A stretch of 60,333 nucleotides of DNA, counting the filler. It is 9 parts of 9 records of this genome, joined end to end, with 100 filler letters (N's around TTAATTAATTAA, not from the genome) between each part and the next. Parts side by side here need not be neighbours in the genome. Positions count along the whole stretch, not along the records: positions 6,812 to 12,908 come from SRR31147125_67812; positions 13,009 to 20,093 come from SRR31147125_67900; positions 20,194 to 27,497 come from SRR31147125_68048; 6 more parts are not named here. One strand, written 5' to 3'. How positions within the stretch are numbered: position 1 is the first letter of the stretch; each line of letters starts with the position of its first letter. Both the position numbers and the translations under genes were made by a program. Under the pieces are notes generated by a model. That model was given only the letters and a program-made list of their open reading frames with translations. It had not been told where the DNA came from and searched no databases. Below are positions 9,734-20,565 of this stretch, piece by piece.

Positions 9734-10657
9734 CTATTTATTTCTAATTCTCGGATCAAGCCATCCGTAAATGATATCTACCAGAAGATTGGCAATGATC
9801 AAGAAAACAGCAAAGATAAGGACAGTTCCCATAATCACTGGGTAATTTCGTCCAAGCACACTTGAAACAAAGAATTTTCCTAAACCAGGGATTGCAAAAA
9901 TCTGTTCAACAACCATTGAACCAGTTATTAAACCCGCTAAAAGCGGTCCAATAATTGTAACAACAGGTATCAGGGCATTTTTAAGTGCATGGTGAACTGT
10001 TATTCGTCTCTCAGCAACACCCTTGGCTCGTGCAGTTCGGATATAATCCTCCCGAATTACCTGGAGCATACTCGCCCTTGTCAAACGTGCCAGAATAGCT
10101 GCATGGCCTATACCTAATGTCAGAACGGGGAGTATTGCCTGTTCGAAAGATCCCCATCTTGCTACAGGCAATATATTCAGCTTCAGGGCAAAAACCCAAA
10201 TTAACAAGGGTCCAAGTGTCATAGCCGGAATGGATACTCCCAGAACAGCAATGAACATTCCCAAATAATCCTTGAATGAATTCTGCTTAAGTGCAGAAAA
10301 AATACCCAAAGGAATCCCTATCCCCATAGACACCAGTAAAGACATAACACCTAGAGATGCTGATATTGGCAAATGTTGGGCAATTATCTCATTAACGGTT
10401 TTCCCTCGTTCTGCGTAAGAAGGTCCCAAGTCACCCCTGAGTAGATTCCAGATGTAGTCAGTAAACTGCTTGAAAAGTGGATCATTCAGATGATAAAAAT
10501 CTTCCATATTCTTCAGAACTTCTTCAGGCAGATGGGACATATCAGGACCTGTAAATGGTCCTCCCGGTATTGCATGCATTAAAAAGAACGTAATAAAGGC
10601 AATTATAAGCAATGTCGGAATAGTCCAGAGAATTCGTCTAATAATATAACTGATCAT
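9734..10657 (-). CDS. oppB: Oligopeptide ABC permease
   Basis: PGGPF, GDLGPSY, DYIRTARAKG, HALKNALIPV, LDPRIR. Confidence 0.92.
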   Translation of the reverse strand: MISYIIRRILWTIPTLLIIAFITFFLMHAIPGGPFTGPDMSHLPEEVLKNMEDFYHLNDPLFKQFTDYIWNLLRGDLGPSYAERGKTVNEIIAQHLPISASLGVMSLLVSMGIGIPLGIFSALKQNSFKDYLGMFIAVLGVSIPAMTLGPLLIWVFALKLNILPVARWGSFEQAILPVLTLGIGHAAILARLTRASMLQVIREDYIRTARAKGVAERRITVHHALKNALIPVVTIIGPLLAGLITGSMVVEQIFAIPGLGKFFVSSVLGRNYPVIMGTVLIFAVFLIIANLLVDIIYGWLDPRIRNK

Positions 10658-10676
10658 AGAGTTCCTCATGTTACAG

Positions 10677-10703
10677 ATAGCTGGGAGCAAAGCTCCCAGC
10701 TAT
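10677..10703. terminator. Stem-loop between oppA and oppB (mRNA stabiliser or partial terminator)
   Basis: ATAGCTGGGAGC-AAA-GCTCCCAGCTAT perfect 12-bp stem. Confidence 0.7.
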
Positions 10704-10710
10704 AAGCTTA

Positions 10711-12320
10711 TTAATCTTTTGCAGTTACTTTCCAGTTTTTCACTGAATCAATCATCTGCTTGGAATATTGCCTTTCAAGATAAGGTTTGGTCAAGTTGAC
10801 ATATGCATAGTTCCAGAGAGGAATAATAGCTGCCTCTTCTTCACAGAGAATTCTTTCAGCTTCCAGATACATCTCTCTTCTCTTATCCAAATCCTGTTCG
10901 ATCATAGCAGCCTCTACAAGGGCATCAAAATCAGTTCTGTCCCACCTGAGGTTTTCTCTCCATTAACTGTATGAGCAATGTCATAGAGAAAACTATGTGC
11001 ATCGGGTAGTTCAGCAGCAAATCCCATTCTCCACCACTGCAGTCCGCCGGCAACGATTGTATCCCAGTAGACTTTACCTTCAATATTCTTCACAACTACA
11101 TCTATTCCAAGGTTCTTCAGCCACATCTGCTGCATTGCTTCGGCAACATTTCGGTTAAATTCGCTTGTATTGAAATTAAACTGCACCTGCGGCAAACCTT
11201 CTCCATTGGGATATCCAGCTTCAGCCAGGTAGGCCTTTGCCTGATCAGGATCAAAGCTGATTCCAACACCGGCAGAAGGAGGAACAGACCCAAAAACACC
11301 TTGTGGAGCCAAGGTATCCGTAGGAAACTGGCCGCCCTTAGCAATATTCTTGACCAATGATTCTTTATCGATAGCAGCTGCAAAAGCTTTCCTTACTAAA
11401 GGATCATCAAAGGGTTCAGCATCGGTGTTTACCTGGATCATATAACTGATCAACTGTGAAACATTCGTCACCTGCTCACTCAGGTCAGAGTCTTTCTTCA
11501 CTCGATCGATATCACCGGATGGAACATTTACGGTATCTATCTCACCAGCTTCATACATAGCCATAGCTGTAGAATCATCTTCAACAACATACATGACAAC
11601 TTTCTCAATCTGTACATTTTCAGCATCATAGTAATCAGGGTTCTTCTCAAAAACCAGTACATCATTCGGGACCCACTCTTTAAGCAGATAAGGACCGCAT
11701 GATACGATATTTTCCGGTTCAAACCATCTGTCTCCATGTGCTTCCACTGTATCCTGAGGTACTGGAAAACCTACTACACGAATTTGAGAAGCAAAAAAAG
11801 CAATGGGGTCATTAAGCTCAAATTGTACCGTATAATCGTCAACAACAGTAATCCCTACATCCGCTGCATCTGCCTCTCCAATATTATAGTTCTTGGCATT
11901 TACAATAGAGTACAGTTTTCCTGCCAGAGGAGAACCAACAGCTGGATCAAGAATACGCAAAATGCTGTATTCTACATCATTAGCTGTAAGTTTTTCACCA
12001 TTTGTCCATACGACATCATCCCTAAGATTAAAAGTCCAGGTTTTACCATCTTCAGAAACATCCCATGATGTTGCCAAGTCAGGTGACGGCTCTCCGTTGA
12101 CTTCGTCAAAATCAACTAAGGAAACAAACAACATCCTTACCATGATGTTCGTATTTGAGTTGAACACTAAGGTTGGATCAAGCGTCTCAGGATTCAAAGA
12201 ACTCCTCAGATTAACTGATGTCACTTGTTCGGCTACTTCTTCAGTTCCACCGGCAAACAGACCCACTGTTTGTACCATCAAGAAAGTCAGAACAAGAAGA
12301 ATCATCATCGTCTTTTTCAT
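10711..12320 (-). CDS. oppA: Oligopeptide-binding protein, frameshift at A-run ~10952
   Basis: SBP family 5 motifs (TLDP, LATSWDVSEDGKTWTFNLR, GPYLL); one added A joins EKNLRWDRTDFDALVEAA to the 10711-10905 ORF. Confidence 0.9.
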
Positions 12321-12450
12321 AATAAACTCCTTTATAAATTTTTCTAACGTTTAGAACGTTATTTTAAACACAATATATGTGTACAAAACCAATACAGATG
12401 ACAACATCCCAATCAGACACGATGAAGCAGCTTGCCATCATGCCCGCCAA

Positions 12451-12908
12451 TCATAAGACTGGTGGATAGAATTCAATCATCCCCGGATTTTCCATTAACT
12501 GCTCAACTTCATTAAGCTCCAGCGGAACACCTGCTGTAAGATTTTCACAACCGTTGTCGGTAATAAGAACTGTGTCTTCCACTCGTATACGCTTTTTTTC
12601 CTGAGGAATAAGCAGTTGCGGATCTACGGCAAATACCATTCCCGGACGGAGGGGCTCCCCATTCCTGTAATCTCCTACATCATGACAAGACATTCCGACC
12701 GTATGTGATAAATGCGACCTACTATTTTCCAGACAACTGATTATGGATTCCTTGTAAAGTTCTTTTGAAAATTCAATATTTTCAATTTTTTCCATCATTA
12801 TTTTCTTTGATTCAGCAAGTACTTGATCTGAGGTTACGCCTGGTTTCAGGCAAGAAAGAAGGGCTTTATGGTATTCAACAACAAATCCATACAGCTCTCT
12901 CTGCTGGG
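12451..12908 (-). CDS. M24 Xaa-Pro aminopeptidase family, C-terminal part
   Basis: QRELY..V...H, HLSHTVGMSCHDVG, PLRPGMVFAVDPQ, IRVEDTVLITDNGCENLT; open to contig edge. Confidence 0.85.
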
Positions 12909-13008
12909 NNNNNNNNNNNNNNNNNNNNNNNNNNNNNNNNNNNNNNNNNNNNTTAATTAATTAANNNNNNNNNNNNNNNNNNNNNNNNNNNNNNNNNNNN
13001 NNNNNNNN
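12909..13008. other. Artificial contig linker
   Basis: N-run, TTAATTAATTAA, N-run. Confidence 0.99.
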
Positions 13009-13020
13009 AAGGCGGACACG

Positions 13021-13077
13021 CAAGCCCGAGGATGACAAAAAAAGTATCGAGATCCTCAGATCAAGTCCAAGGATGAC
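13021..13077. repeat. Two degenerate copies of a REP-like palindrome (GATCCTCGG.TCAAG.CCGAGGATGAC type)
   Basis: CAAGCCCGAGGATGAC and GATCCTCAGATCAAGTCCAAGGATGAC right after the dppC stop, at the contig break. Confidence 0.6.
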
Positions 13078-13080
13078 AAA

Positions 13081-13881
13081 TCACCTCTTGGAGAGGGTGT
13101 CTCTTAGGCCATCTCCTAGGAAGTTAAATCCTAGTACCACAAGCATAATTGCGATACCAGGGAAAATAGATAAATACGGATCAATCAAAATGTACTGAGT
13201 CCCCGTATCTAGCATAGCTCCCCAGCTTGGAGTAGAAATAGGGACACCCAGTCCCAAAAAACTCAAAGTAGACTCAGCTAAAATAACCCCTGCCATTCCA
13301 AAAGTTGCATTAATTGCCAATGGTCCAGCAATATTTGGCAGAAGATGTCGAACAAAAATTCGTCTAACAGGAACTCCAACAGATCGAGCAGCTTGGACGT
13401 ACTCTTTTTCTCTTAGGCTTAGAACTTGGCCGCGAACTAATCGTGCATAACCGACCCAGCCAACCGCACTTAAAATAATAACAACATTAAAAACACTTGG
13501 TCTCGCCTGAAAAGCAGCCAATGCAATGGCCAAAAGAATCCCTGGAAATGCCAAAAAGATATTAGAAACAAAAGTAAAGACTTCATCAGATCTTCCACCA
13601 AAATAACCAACTATCAATCCAATTAGAGTTCCAATTGTTCCTGTGATTGCAACAACGACAACACCGATTCCCATTGAAACTCTAGCGCCATAAATAACAC
13701 GACTTAGAATATCTCTACCATTTTCATCTAGACCAAAAGGATGTGATGAAGATGGTCTTTCGAATTTATCTTCCAAATTATATTGATCTGGATCTTGAGG
13801 CGCAAGAATAGGCGCTGCCAAAGCTACTAAGAGCATCCCCAGTATTAACACCGCACCAATTATCGTTGTGGCTTTTCTCAT
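13081..13881 (-). CDS. Peptide/nickel ABC permease (DppC-like)
   Basis: HPFGLDENGRDILSRVIYGAR, LSFLGLG, FLGDGLRD. Confidence 0.92.
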   Translation of the reverse strand: MRKATTIIGAVLILGMLLVALAAPILAPQDPDQYNLEDKFERPSSSHPFGLDENGRDILSRVIYGARVSMGIGVVVVAITGTIGTLIGLIVGYFGGRSDEVFTFVSNIFLAFPGILLAIALAAFQARPSVFNVVIILSAVGWVGYARLVRGQVLSLREKEYVQAARSVGVPVRRIFVRHLLPNIAGPLAINATFGMAGVILAESTLSFLGLGVPISTPSWGAMLDTGTQYILIDPYLSIFPGIAIMLVVLGFNFLGDGLRDTLSKR

Positions 13882-13896
13882 TAGTTAACCAAAATC

Positions 13897-14817
13897 CTAT
13901 TTCAATTCAATTCGTGGATCGACAACTTTATACATGCAATCAGTCAACGTGTTTATTATTACGTATGTAAACGCTATAGTTAAAACACAACCCTGGACAA
14001 CAGGATAATCCCTTCTCTGAATTCCCGTAATCAACAGTGAACCAATCCCAGGCCATGAAAAGATCTTCTCTGTTACAATTGCACCCGCTAGCAAAGCTCC
14101 AACTTGCAAACCGACAATTGTAAGAACTGGATTCAACGCATTTTTAATAGCGTGCTTTAGAATAACCTTCTTTTCCGAAACGCCCTTTGCTCGCGCAGTT
14201 GTTATATATTCCGACTTCAAAACATCAAGCATTGAAGAACGCATCATTCGTGAAGTCATTGCCGCCAAAACCATACCCAATGTTAGGGCCGGAAGAATAA
14301 CAGAACCCGGCAAAGCACTTCCTCCTGCAGGAAACCATTCTAGCCAAATTGCAAACAATATAATCAAAAGAGGACCCAACCAAAAGGTAGGCATAGATAT
14401 CCCAAAGAGCGAGACAAACATCGCCCCCGAATCGACCCACGTATCTTTTTTGAGTGCCGCTATGATTCCAGCGGGCAGAGCTATCCCCAACGCAATCAAC
14501 ATAGCTGTTAGTGCCAAGTGAATTGTCCTTGGATATCTCTCTTTGATCATCTTTATAACAGGCTTCTGATTAAAGATTGATCTTCCCCAATCACCCCTGA
14601 CCAGGCCATCCATAAAATAGCAGTATTGAATTATAACTGGCTTATCTAAACGGAGTTGTTGCGTAAGTCTTGACCGATCTGCTTCTAAAGCCTGTTCACC
14701 TAAAATCAAATCTACGGGATCTCCAGGGATCGCGTGACTTAGAAAAAAGACAGCTGTTGAAACCGTAAAAAGAATCGGAATCATATATATTAGTCGTTTA
14801 ACAAAATATGAAAACAC
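13897..14817 (-). CDS. Peptide/nickel ABC permease (DppB/NikB-like)
   Basis: IPGDP, GDWGRS, YITTARAKG, RDYPVVQG, DPRI. Confidence 0.92.
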   Translation of the reverse strand: MFSYFVKRLIYMIPILFTVSTAVFFLSHAIPGDPVDLILGEQALEADRSRLTQQLRLDKPVIIQYCYFMDGLVRGDWGRSIFNQKPVIKMIKERYPRTIHLALTAMLIALGIALPAGIIAALKKDTWVDSGAMFVSLFGISMPTFWLGPLLIILFAIWLEWFPAGGSALPGSVILPALTLGMVLAAMTSRMMRSSMLDVLKSEYITTARAKGVSEKKVILKHAIKNALNPVLTIVGLQVGALLAGAIVTEKIFSWPGIGSLLITGIQRRDYPVVQGCVLTIAFTYVIINTLTDCMYKVVDPRIELK

Positions 14818-14819
14818 GC

Positions 14820-16352
14820 CTAGTTTTTCCCCTTCGTCACATTAACAAGATCTTGAAAACCAGCATCAGCTCTGATGTTGTAATTATTAACATATTTTTG
14901 TCTTACGACAATATTATCTTCATACCAAAGAGGAATATAGGGGAGATCTTCAGAAACAATTTTCTGGATCTCAGCGTAGACAGCAGCTCTCTTTTTATTA
15001 TCCAAAGTTGTTCTACCTTTGATCGTCAGTTTGTCGATCTCCTTATTAATATATTTATTCCTGTTTGGACCATCTGGAGGAACTTGAGAAGAATGATAAA
15101 TATTATAATAGATATCTGGTTCCGTAACACCAACCCAAGAAAGTGTATAAAGCTGGAAGTTCCCAGTTTTTATATCTCTGAAAAAAGTCCCCCACTCAAA
15201 CGGTGTAACAGAAACTTTGATATCAACCTTGCTAAGCTGCTTTGCAATAAGATTAGCAATATCGATTCTCTGCTTCTGCGTTGAAGTTTTGAAAGATAGT
15301 TTAAATCTAACACCACGCCCACCGCCACTATCTTCAGCAGGATAGCCCGCACGATCTAACAAAACTTTGGCTTTATATGGATTATATTTATAGACATGAA
15401 CGTTATCTGAAAAAGCCCAATGGTTCTTTGAAAGGAGTGTATTTGCCGGAGCCGCATACCCTTCCCATTTGTGCTTAATAATATCCTCACGATTAATTGC
15501 ATAAGCCAAGGCTTGTCTAACTTGCTTTTTAGAAAGAATTGGATCTTCTAAGTTCATACCAAGATATGCAAAAACTGTAGAAGGAGCTGTCTCGATAACA
15601 ATATTTTTATGATTTTTTAATGATTCAAGTAGAGCCGGTGGAATGGCATTCTGAACCAAATCGACATTTCCCTTAATAAGCTGTAAAACACGAACATTAT
15701 CATCTTTTAGAATCTTGAACTCTAAGAATGGTGTTTTAGCCTTCTCTCCAAAGTAGCCTTTATTAGCCGCAAGCAAAACATGAGAGTCTGATTTAAATTC
15801 AGAAAACTTATACGGACCAGTTCCAACCGGATTAAGGCCGAAATCTTTTCCAAGCTTTTCAGATAGGGTCATAGGAACAATGCCCTTCCTAAGTGCCGTT
15901 ATAAAAGGTGCATGAGGTTCCTTGAGGGTTATGACAATAGTATCTTCACCCTCTATCTTAATATCCTTCACCTTATCAAACGCCATTTTGTGCGGACTTG
16001 GAACTGTTCCATCAATTATCGAATTATATGTATAGATCACATCTTTGGCTGTAAGAGGATCGCCCGAATGGAACTTAACATCTTTACGTAGTTTAAACTT
16101 ATATGTCGTGTCATTAACCTGTGTAAAAGATTCAGCCAAATCAGGAACCAAATTAAAATTATCATCCATTTTCATAAGACCATTGAAAATGAGCTGGCTG
16201 ATTTTGATTGAATAGGCGCTAACTGCCAATCTTGGATCAAAAGTCGTTGGATTACTCTCAATAGCTATGACTAATCTGTCTTTTGGAGCCTTACCGCCGC
16301 CACATGCCGCAACAAAAAGAAGTAGAAAAATAATAACCTTTCTAAGTTTCAT
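14820..16352 (-). CDS. ABC substrate-binding lipoprotein, family 5
   Basis: Lipobox VAAC, PTTFDPR, PVGTGPYKF, VRQALAYAINR. Confidence 0.92.
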   Translation of the reverse strand: MKLRKVIIFLLLFVAACGGGKAPKDRLVIAIESNPTTFDPRLAVSAYSIKISQLIFNGLMKMDDNFNLVPDLAESFTQVNDTTYKFKLRKDVKFHSGDPLTAKDVIYTYNSIIDGTVPSPHKMAFDKVKDIKIEGEDTIVITLKEPHAPFITALRKGIVPMTLSEKLGKDFGLNPVGTGPYKFSEFKSDSHVLLAANKGYFGEKAKTPFLEFKILKDDNVRVLQLIKGNVDLVQNAIPPALLESLKNHKNIVIETAPSTVFAYLGMNLEDPILSKKQVRQALAYAINREDIIKHKWEGYAAPANTLLSKNHWAFSDNVHVYKYNPYKAKVLLDRAGYPAEDSGGGRGVRFKLSFKTSTQKQRIDIANLIAKQLSKVDIKVSVTPFEWGTFFRDIKTGNFQLYTLSWVGVTEPDIYYNIYHSSQVPPDGPNRNKYINKEIDKLTIKGRTTLDNKKRAAVYAEIQKIVSEDLPYIPLWYEDNIVVRQKYVNNYNIRADAGFQDLVNVTKGKN

Positions 16353-16525
16353 CAAACGCCCCCTTTGCACCCCGATTAACATTTGTTTTTTAGGCTTTTT
16401 TGTAGTAGTACAAAAAAGACAATAACATTAATCATATTAATACCATGCTGATCAAGAGTTGTTAAAAAAATCTCCCACTTTTTTAGAGATTTGGCATGCT
16501 AGCATATAGATTTAGAGAGTGCACT

Positions 16526-17949
16526 ATGAAAAAGATCATAACTTTATCCATTTTTATCACTCTTACCCTGGTCAGCACCCAGCTTTTTGCTTCAATCGAT
16601 AGGTTTCAGCAAAAGATGAACTCTATTGTGATTTCAGCAGAAAGAAACAAAGAGGTTGTCGGGATTCAAGTCGTTTCACTCAACCGAGGTGACACCCTCT
16701 ATGCTCACAATCAAAATCGCCCTCTAAACCCTGCTTCTTGCGCCAAACTTCTAACATCTGCGACAGCTTTGAAATTACTCGGGCCAAACTATAGATTTCA
16801 TACAAAATTTTATACAGATTATAGACCTGTGGGCGGAAAAGTTGGATCATTGTGGGTCAAAGGCTTTGGAGATCCATCTATTGTAATAGAAAGACTGTGG
16901 AGAATGACGAGAGATCTATCAAACGCAGGTCTAAGGGAGATTGATGGAGATATCGTCATAGATGACTACTACTTTAGCAGTTATGAATACCCTGGATATA
17001 CAAAGGGCAGCAGCAGAGCCTATAACTCACTGACAGGAGCTGCTTCTCTGAACTTCAATACAATAACAATCGTTGTATCTCCATCATCAAGAGTTGGGCT
17101 CCCCCTCTAGTCTCTCCCGATACTGCCGGCCCATATTTTAGGATTAGAAACTCAGCAAAAACTGGCCCTAGGGGTTCAAAAAACACTCTATCTGTGATCA
17201 GAACCACAGAGCATGAAGAAGATATCCTGATAGTCAAAGGCAACATTCCAGTATCTTCACCTCCGAGACAGGTTTTTAGAAATATATCAAACCCACCTCT
17301 CTATTTTGGATTGGCTTTAAAGAGTCTACTTCAGCAAAATGGAATCAAGGTCAAAGGGGATGTCAGAAGAGGAAGAACCCCAAGCAGTATCTATCTTCTA
17401 CTAGACAGCATATCAAAGCCTCTATCTTTAATAGTCAGAGATATGAATAAATACAGTAACAACTTTATCGCCGAGCAATTAACAAAGACCCTTGCCGCTG
17501 AGATTGGAAACACAAGTGGAAACACGAGGGAAGGGATCAACGTGGTGGCAAACTATCTAAACCATCTGGAAATCCCTCCAAAAAGTTACTCTTTGGTTAA
17601 TGGCTCAGGACTCACTAGAAATAACAGAGTTACAGCGTCAACACTGGTCACTGTCATTGCACATATGTTTGCCGATCCAAGAATATCTCATGAAGCAATC
17701 TCATCTTTGAGCATAGCAGGGGTTGACGGAACGACAAGAGACAGGCATAAAGATAAATCAATCAAGGGAATTGCTAGAGCAAAAACAGGAACACTCTCCG
17801 GAGTTTCGACTCTGACTGGAATTATACCAGCAAGAAACGGTGAAACGCTTGGGTATGCAATTTTGATGAACGGTAATGCCCTGCCATGGGAAGAGAGCCA
17901 TAAAATCCAAGAAGCAATGCTTAGCGCAATGTCTTCTTTTAACAGGTGA
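16526..17949 (+). CDS. dacB: D-Ala-D-Ala carboxypeptidase/endopeptidase (PBP4, S13), frameshift ~17097
   Basis: PASCAK (SxxK), SNN, AKTGTL; one added G joins ORFs 16496-17110 and 17194-17949. Confidence 0.88.
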
Positions 17950-17956
17950 GCCTATT

Positions 17957-19503
17957 ATGAAAAACCGACCCTTTAATATCTTTATTATTGCTCTTTTATC
18001 ATTTGGAACACTCTTCTTTATTTTGAATTTTTATTTACCGTCTAAGCTTGAAGCAACCAACCCAAGAGTCAACCAACTAAAAGCGTCGCAAATTTTAAAA
18101 GAGGCTCCAAAGGAAGAGATTGTAAAAGAATCCATCGCAATCAGTTTGAATATTCCCGAACCCAAAACAGTCACGCTTACAAAATTCAATGGAAACAACA
18201 TAAAGAAGCAAAAGAAAAAGATCCGAAAGATTTTGAGATCCCCAAAGGAATAGAAGCTGAAGTCAATTTTTGGAAAAACGTCTACACCAAGTATGACAAA
18301 ACAAAAGTTGTCTTTCACGACAAGAAGCATATGGACATCATCTACTCTGTCATAGATCTCAAAGACGTTATAAACAATCCCAAATACACCAAAGAAGAAC
18401 AATGGTCGATCAAGAAAGAGCGTGTCCAAAAAGAACTCACAAGAATCACGAACATACTCAATACTTTAGATAAAAAAGATCCAACGACACTCAACAGACA
18501 AGAAAAATATATCTATAATCTCTTTGCAAAAATTAACGAACCTGAAAAGTTCAAAAAAGCAACAGGAAGAGAAAGACTCAGATCCCAGACTGGAATTAAA
18601 GAGAAATTTTTAACAGGCATCAGCATATCAGGAAGATACCTTGGAGAAATAGAAAAAATATTTGCAAGTTATGGAGTCCCTCTGGAAATCGCACGCCTAG
18701 CTTTTGTAGAATCTATGTTTAACCTTGAAGCCCTTTCAAAGGTTGGAGCTTCAGGAGTCTGGCAATTCATGCCAAGTACAGGAAGATTATTTTTAAATAT
18801 AGATGAAATTGTTGATGAAAGAAACGATCCCATAACTGCAACCCACGCAGCAGCAAAACTCTTAAGAAAAAACTATGATGCCCTACACAGCTGGCCCCTT
18901 GCTATCAATGCATATAATTCAGGCAGACTAAGAATGGTGAAAGCAGTTAAGCAACTAGGCACCAAGGACATCTCAACAGTAATAAAAAAATTCAAGTCAT
19001 CTGGCTATAAATTTGCCTCACGTAATTTTTATCCGGCATTCCTTGCAGCCCTCCATTCTTTCGAAAACAGAGAAAACATCTTTGGAAAAATTGAAATGGA
19101 AGAACCGCTTCAGTACGATGTCGTCCAAATCCCCTTTTTCACATCACTCCCTGAATTGATAGAATATACAGGAACATCAAAAGATAAGTTTTTAATGCTC
19201 AATCCGCATTTTCAGGAGGAAGTTCTTATTGGCAAATTACCAATACCTAGGGGATTTCAGCTTAAGGTCCCAACAGGGCATGGTGAAAACTTTTTGGTCG
19301 CAATAAATGAGATGGATAAGGTAAATAAATATGCAAAGTGGCATATTGTAGAGACAGGAGAAAGCCTAAAAGTAATTGCCGCAAAATACAAAACAAACTC
19401 TACCAAAATCAAAAAGGCAAACGGACTCAGAAGAAACCGTGTAAAAGCGGGTCAAATACTAAAATTGCCCAAAAACATTACTCTAGCCAAAGAGAAAAAA
19501 TAA
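17957..19503 (+). CDS. MltD-like lytic transglycosylase with C-terminal LysM, frameshift ~18183
   Basis: AFVESMFN, GASGVWQFMP, LAINAYNSG, LysM HIVETGESLKVIAAKY; the N-terminal TM ORF joins after one added A. Confidence 0.88.
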
Positions 19504-19552
19504 AAACAAATTAACTTGTCTACTCAGATGAGGTCTGCTAAGCGTATCCCCC

Positions 19553-19903
19553 ATGAAAAAGATAATACTACTAATAACAATATGTTTTACAATTACTTCT
19601 TTAGCCCAATTTGCAGGCTGTGCAAGACAACCAACCGTTAAACGCTCAACAGCTATAATGGAGAAGTACTATAAAAAGTATTCCAAAGAGTATCCAGAAT
19701 CGGTCTTGGGCCAGAACCCAGTTAGTAGTATTAATGTCCTCCACATGGATGAAATCCACAAAGATCTTGTTGTAAACTACGCTATTTTGGAACTAACGGG
19801 CGGCATGGCAATGCAAGTAAGATTTACAGTACAAAAGAAGCCACTCGGATGGCGTGCTGTATCATGGGAAAACATGGGCATAGCAATGCAAGCACCACGC
19901 TAA
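19553..19903 (+). CDS. Hypothetical lipoprotein
   Basis: MKK signal peptide with FAGC lipobox. Confidence 0.7.
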   Translation: MKKIILLITICFTITSLAQFAGCARQPTVKRSTAIMEKYYKKYSKEYPESVLGQNPVSSINVLHMDEIHKDLVVNYAILELTGGMAMQVRFTVQKKPLGWRAVSWENMGIAMQAPR

Positions 19904-20093
19904 TCCTCTGAAGCAACAACTGTTATTTTTTCTCCGTCACTTATAAAACTTGTAGCACCGTCTATATCTGTTCGATAGATCTTCGTATTATTGAGTTTGA
20001 GTCGCTCCAGAACTTCTTTTGAAGGAAATCCATATTTATTAAAAGCTCCTAACTGAATGACAGCATAATCCGCTGACACTTTATCTAAAAAAA
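19900..20093 (-). CDS. comEC: ComEC/Rec2 C-terminal MBL-domain fragment
   Basis: Reads FLDKVSADYAVIQLGAFNKYGFPSKEVLERL...IYRTDIDGA (not in ORF track). Confidence 0.75.
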
Positions 20094-20193
20094 NNNNNNN
20101 NNNNNNNNNNNNNNNNNNNNNNNNNNNNNNNNNNNNNTTAATTAATTAANNNNNNNNNNNNNNNNNNNNNNNNNNNNNNNNNNNNNNNNNNNN
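20094..20193. other. Artificial contig linker
   Basis: N-run, TTAATTAATTAA, N-run. Confidence 0.99.
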
Positions 20194-20505
20194 AAAAAAA
20201 CCACACGGGTAAAACAGCCCGGAGAAATCACGGACGAAGACATCCAGGACATCATCCGCAAATTTGTCAAATCCGAAAAAACCGTTCTCGAGCACAAAGG
20301 GGAAACGTCTTCAGACTACCTGGAACTCTTGGCGGCCTATCTGCCCCAAATGGCCACGGACCAGGAAATTGAGCAGTGGATCCGGGAAAATGTGGATCTG
20401 TCCCAGTTCAACAGCCCCCTCCAGGCCATGGGCCAGGTGATGAAGCATTTCGGGAAACTGGCCGACGGAAACCAGGTCAAGGCCCTGCTCCAAAAAATAA
20501 AGTAA
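20194..20505 (+). CDS. GatB/YqeY domain protein, C-terminal part
   Basis: ITDEDIQDIIRKFVKSEK...YLPQMATDQEI...MGQVMKHFGKLADGNQVK*. Confidence 0.8.
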   Translation, partial: KKTTRVKQPGEITDEDIQDIIRKFVKSEKTVLEHKGETSSDYLELLAAYLPQMATDQEIEQWIRENVDLSQFNSPLQAMGQVMKHFGKLADGNQVKALLQKIK

Positions 20506-20565
20506 TACTCTATTCATACCTGTGGACCGGCAAAAGGGGCCGGCCCACAGGAAGAATAAAGGGGT

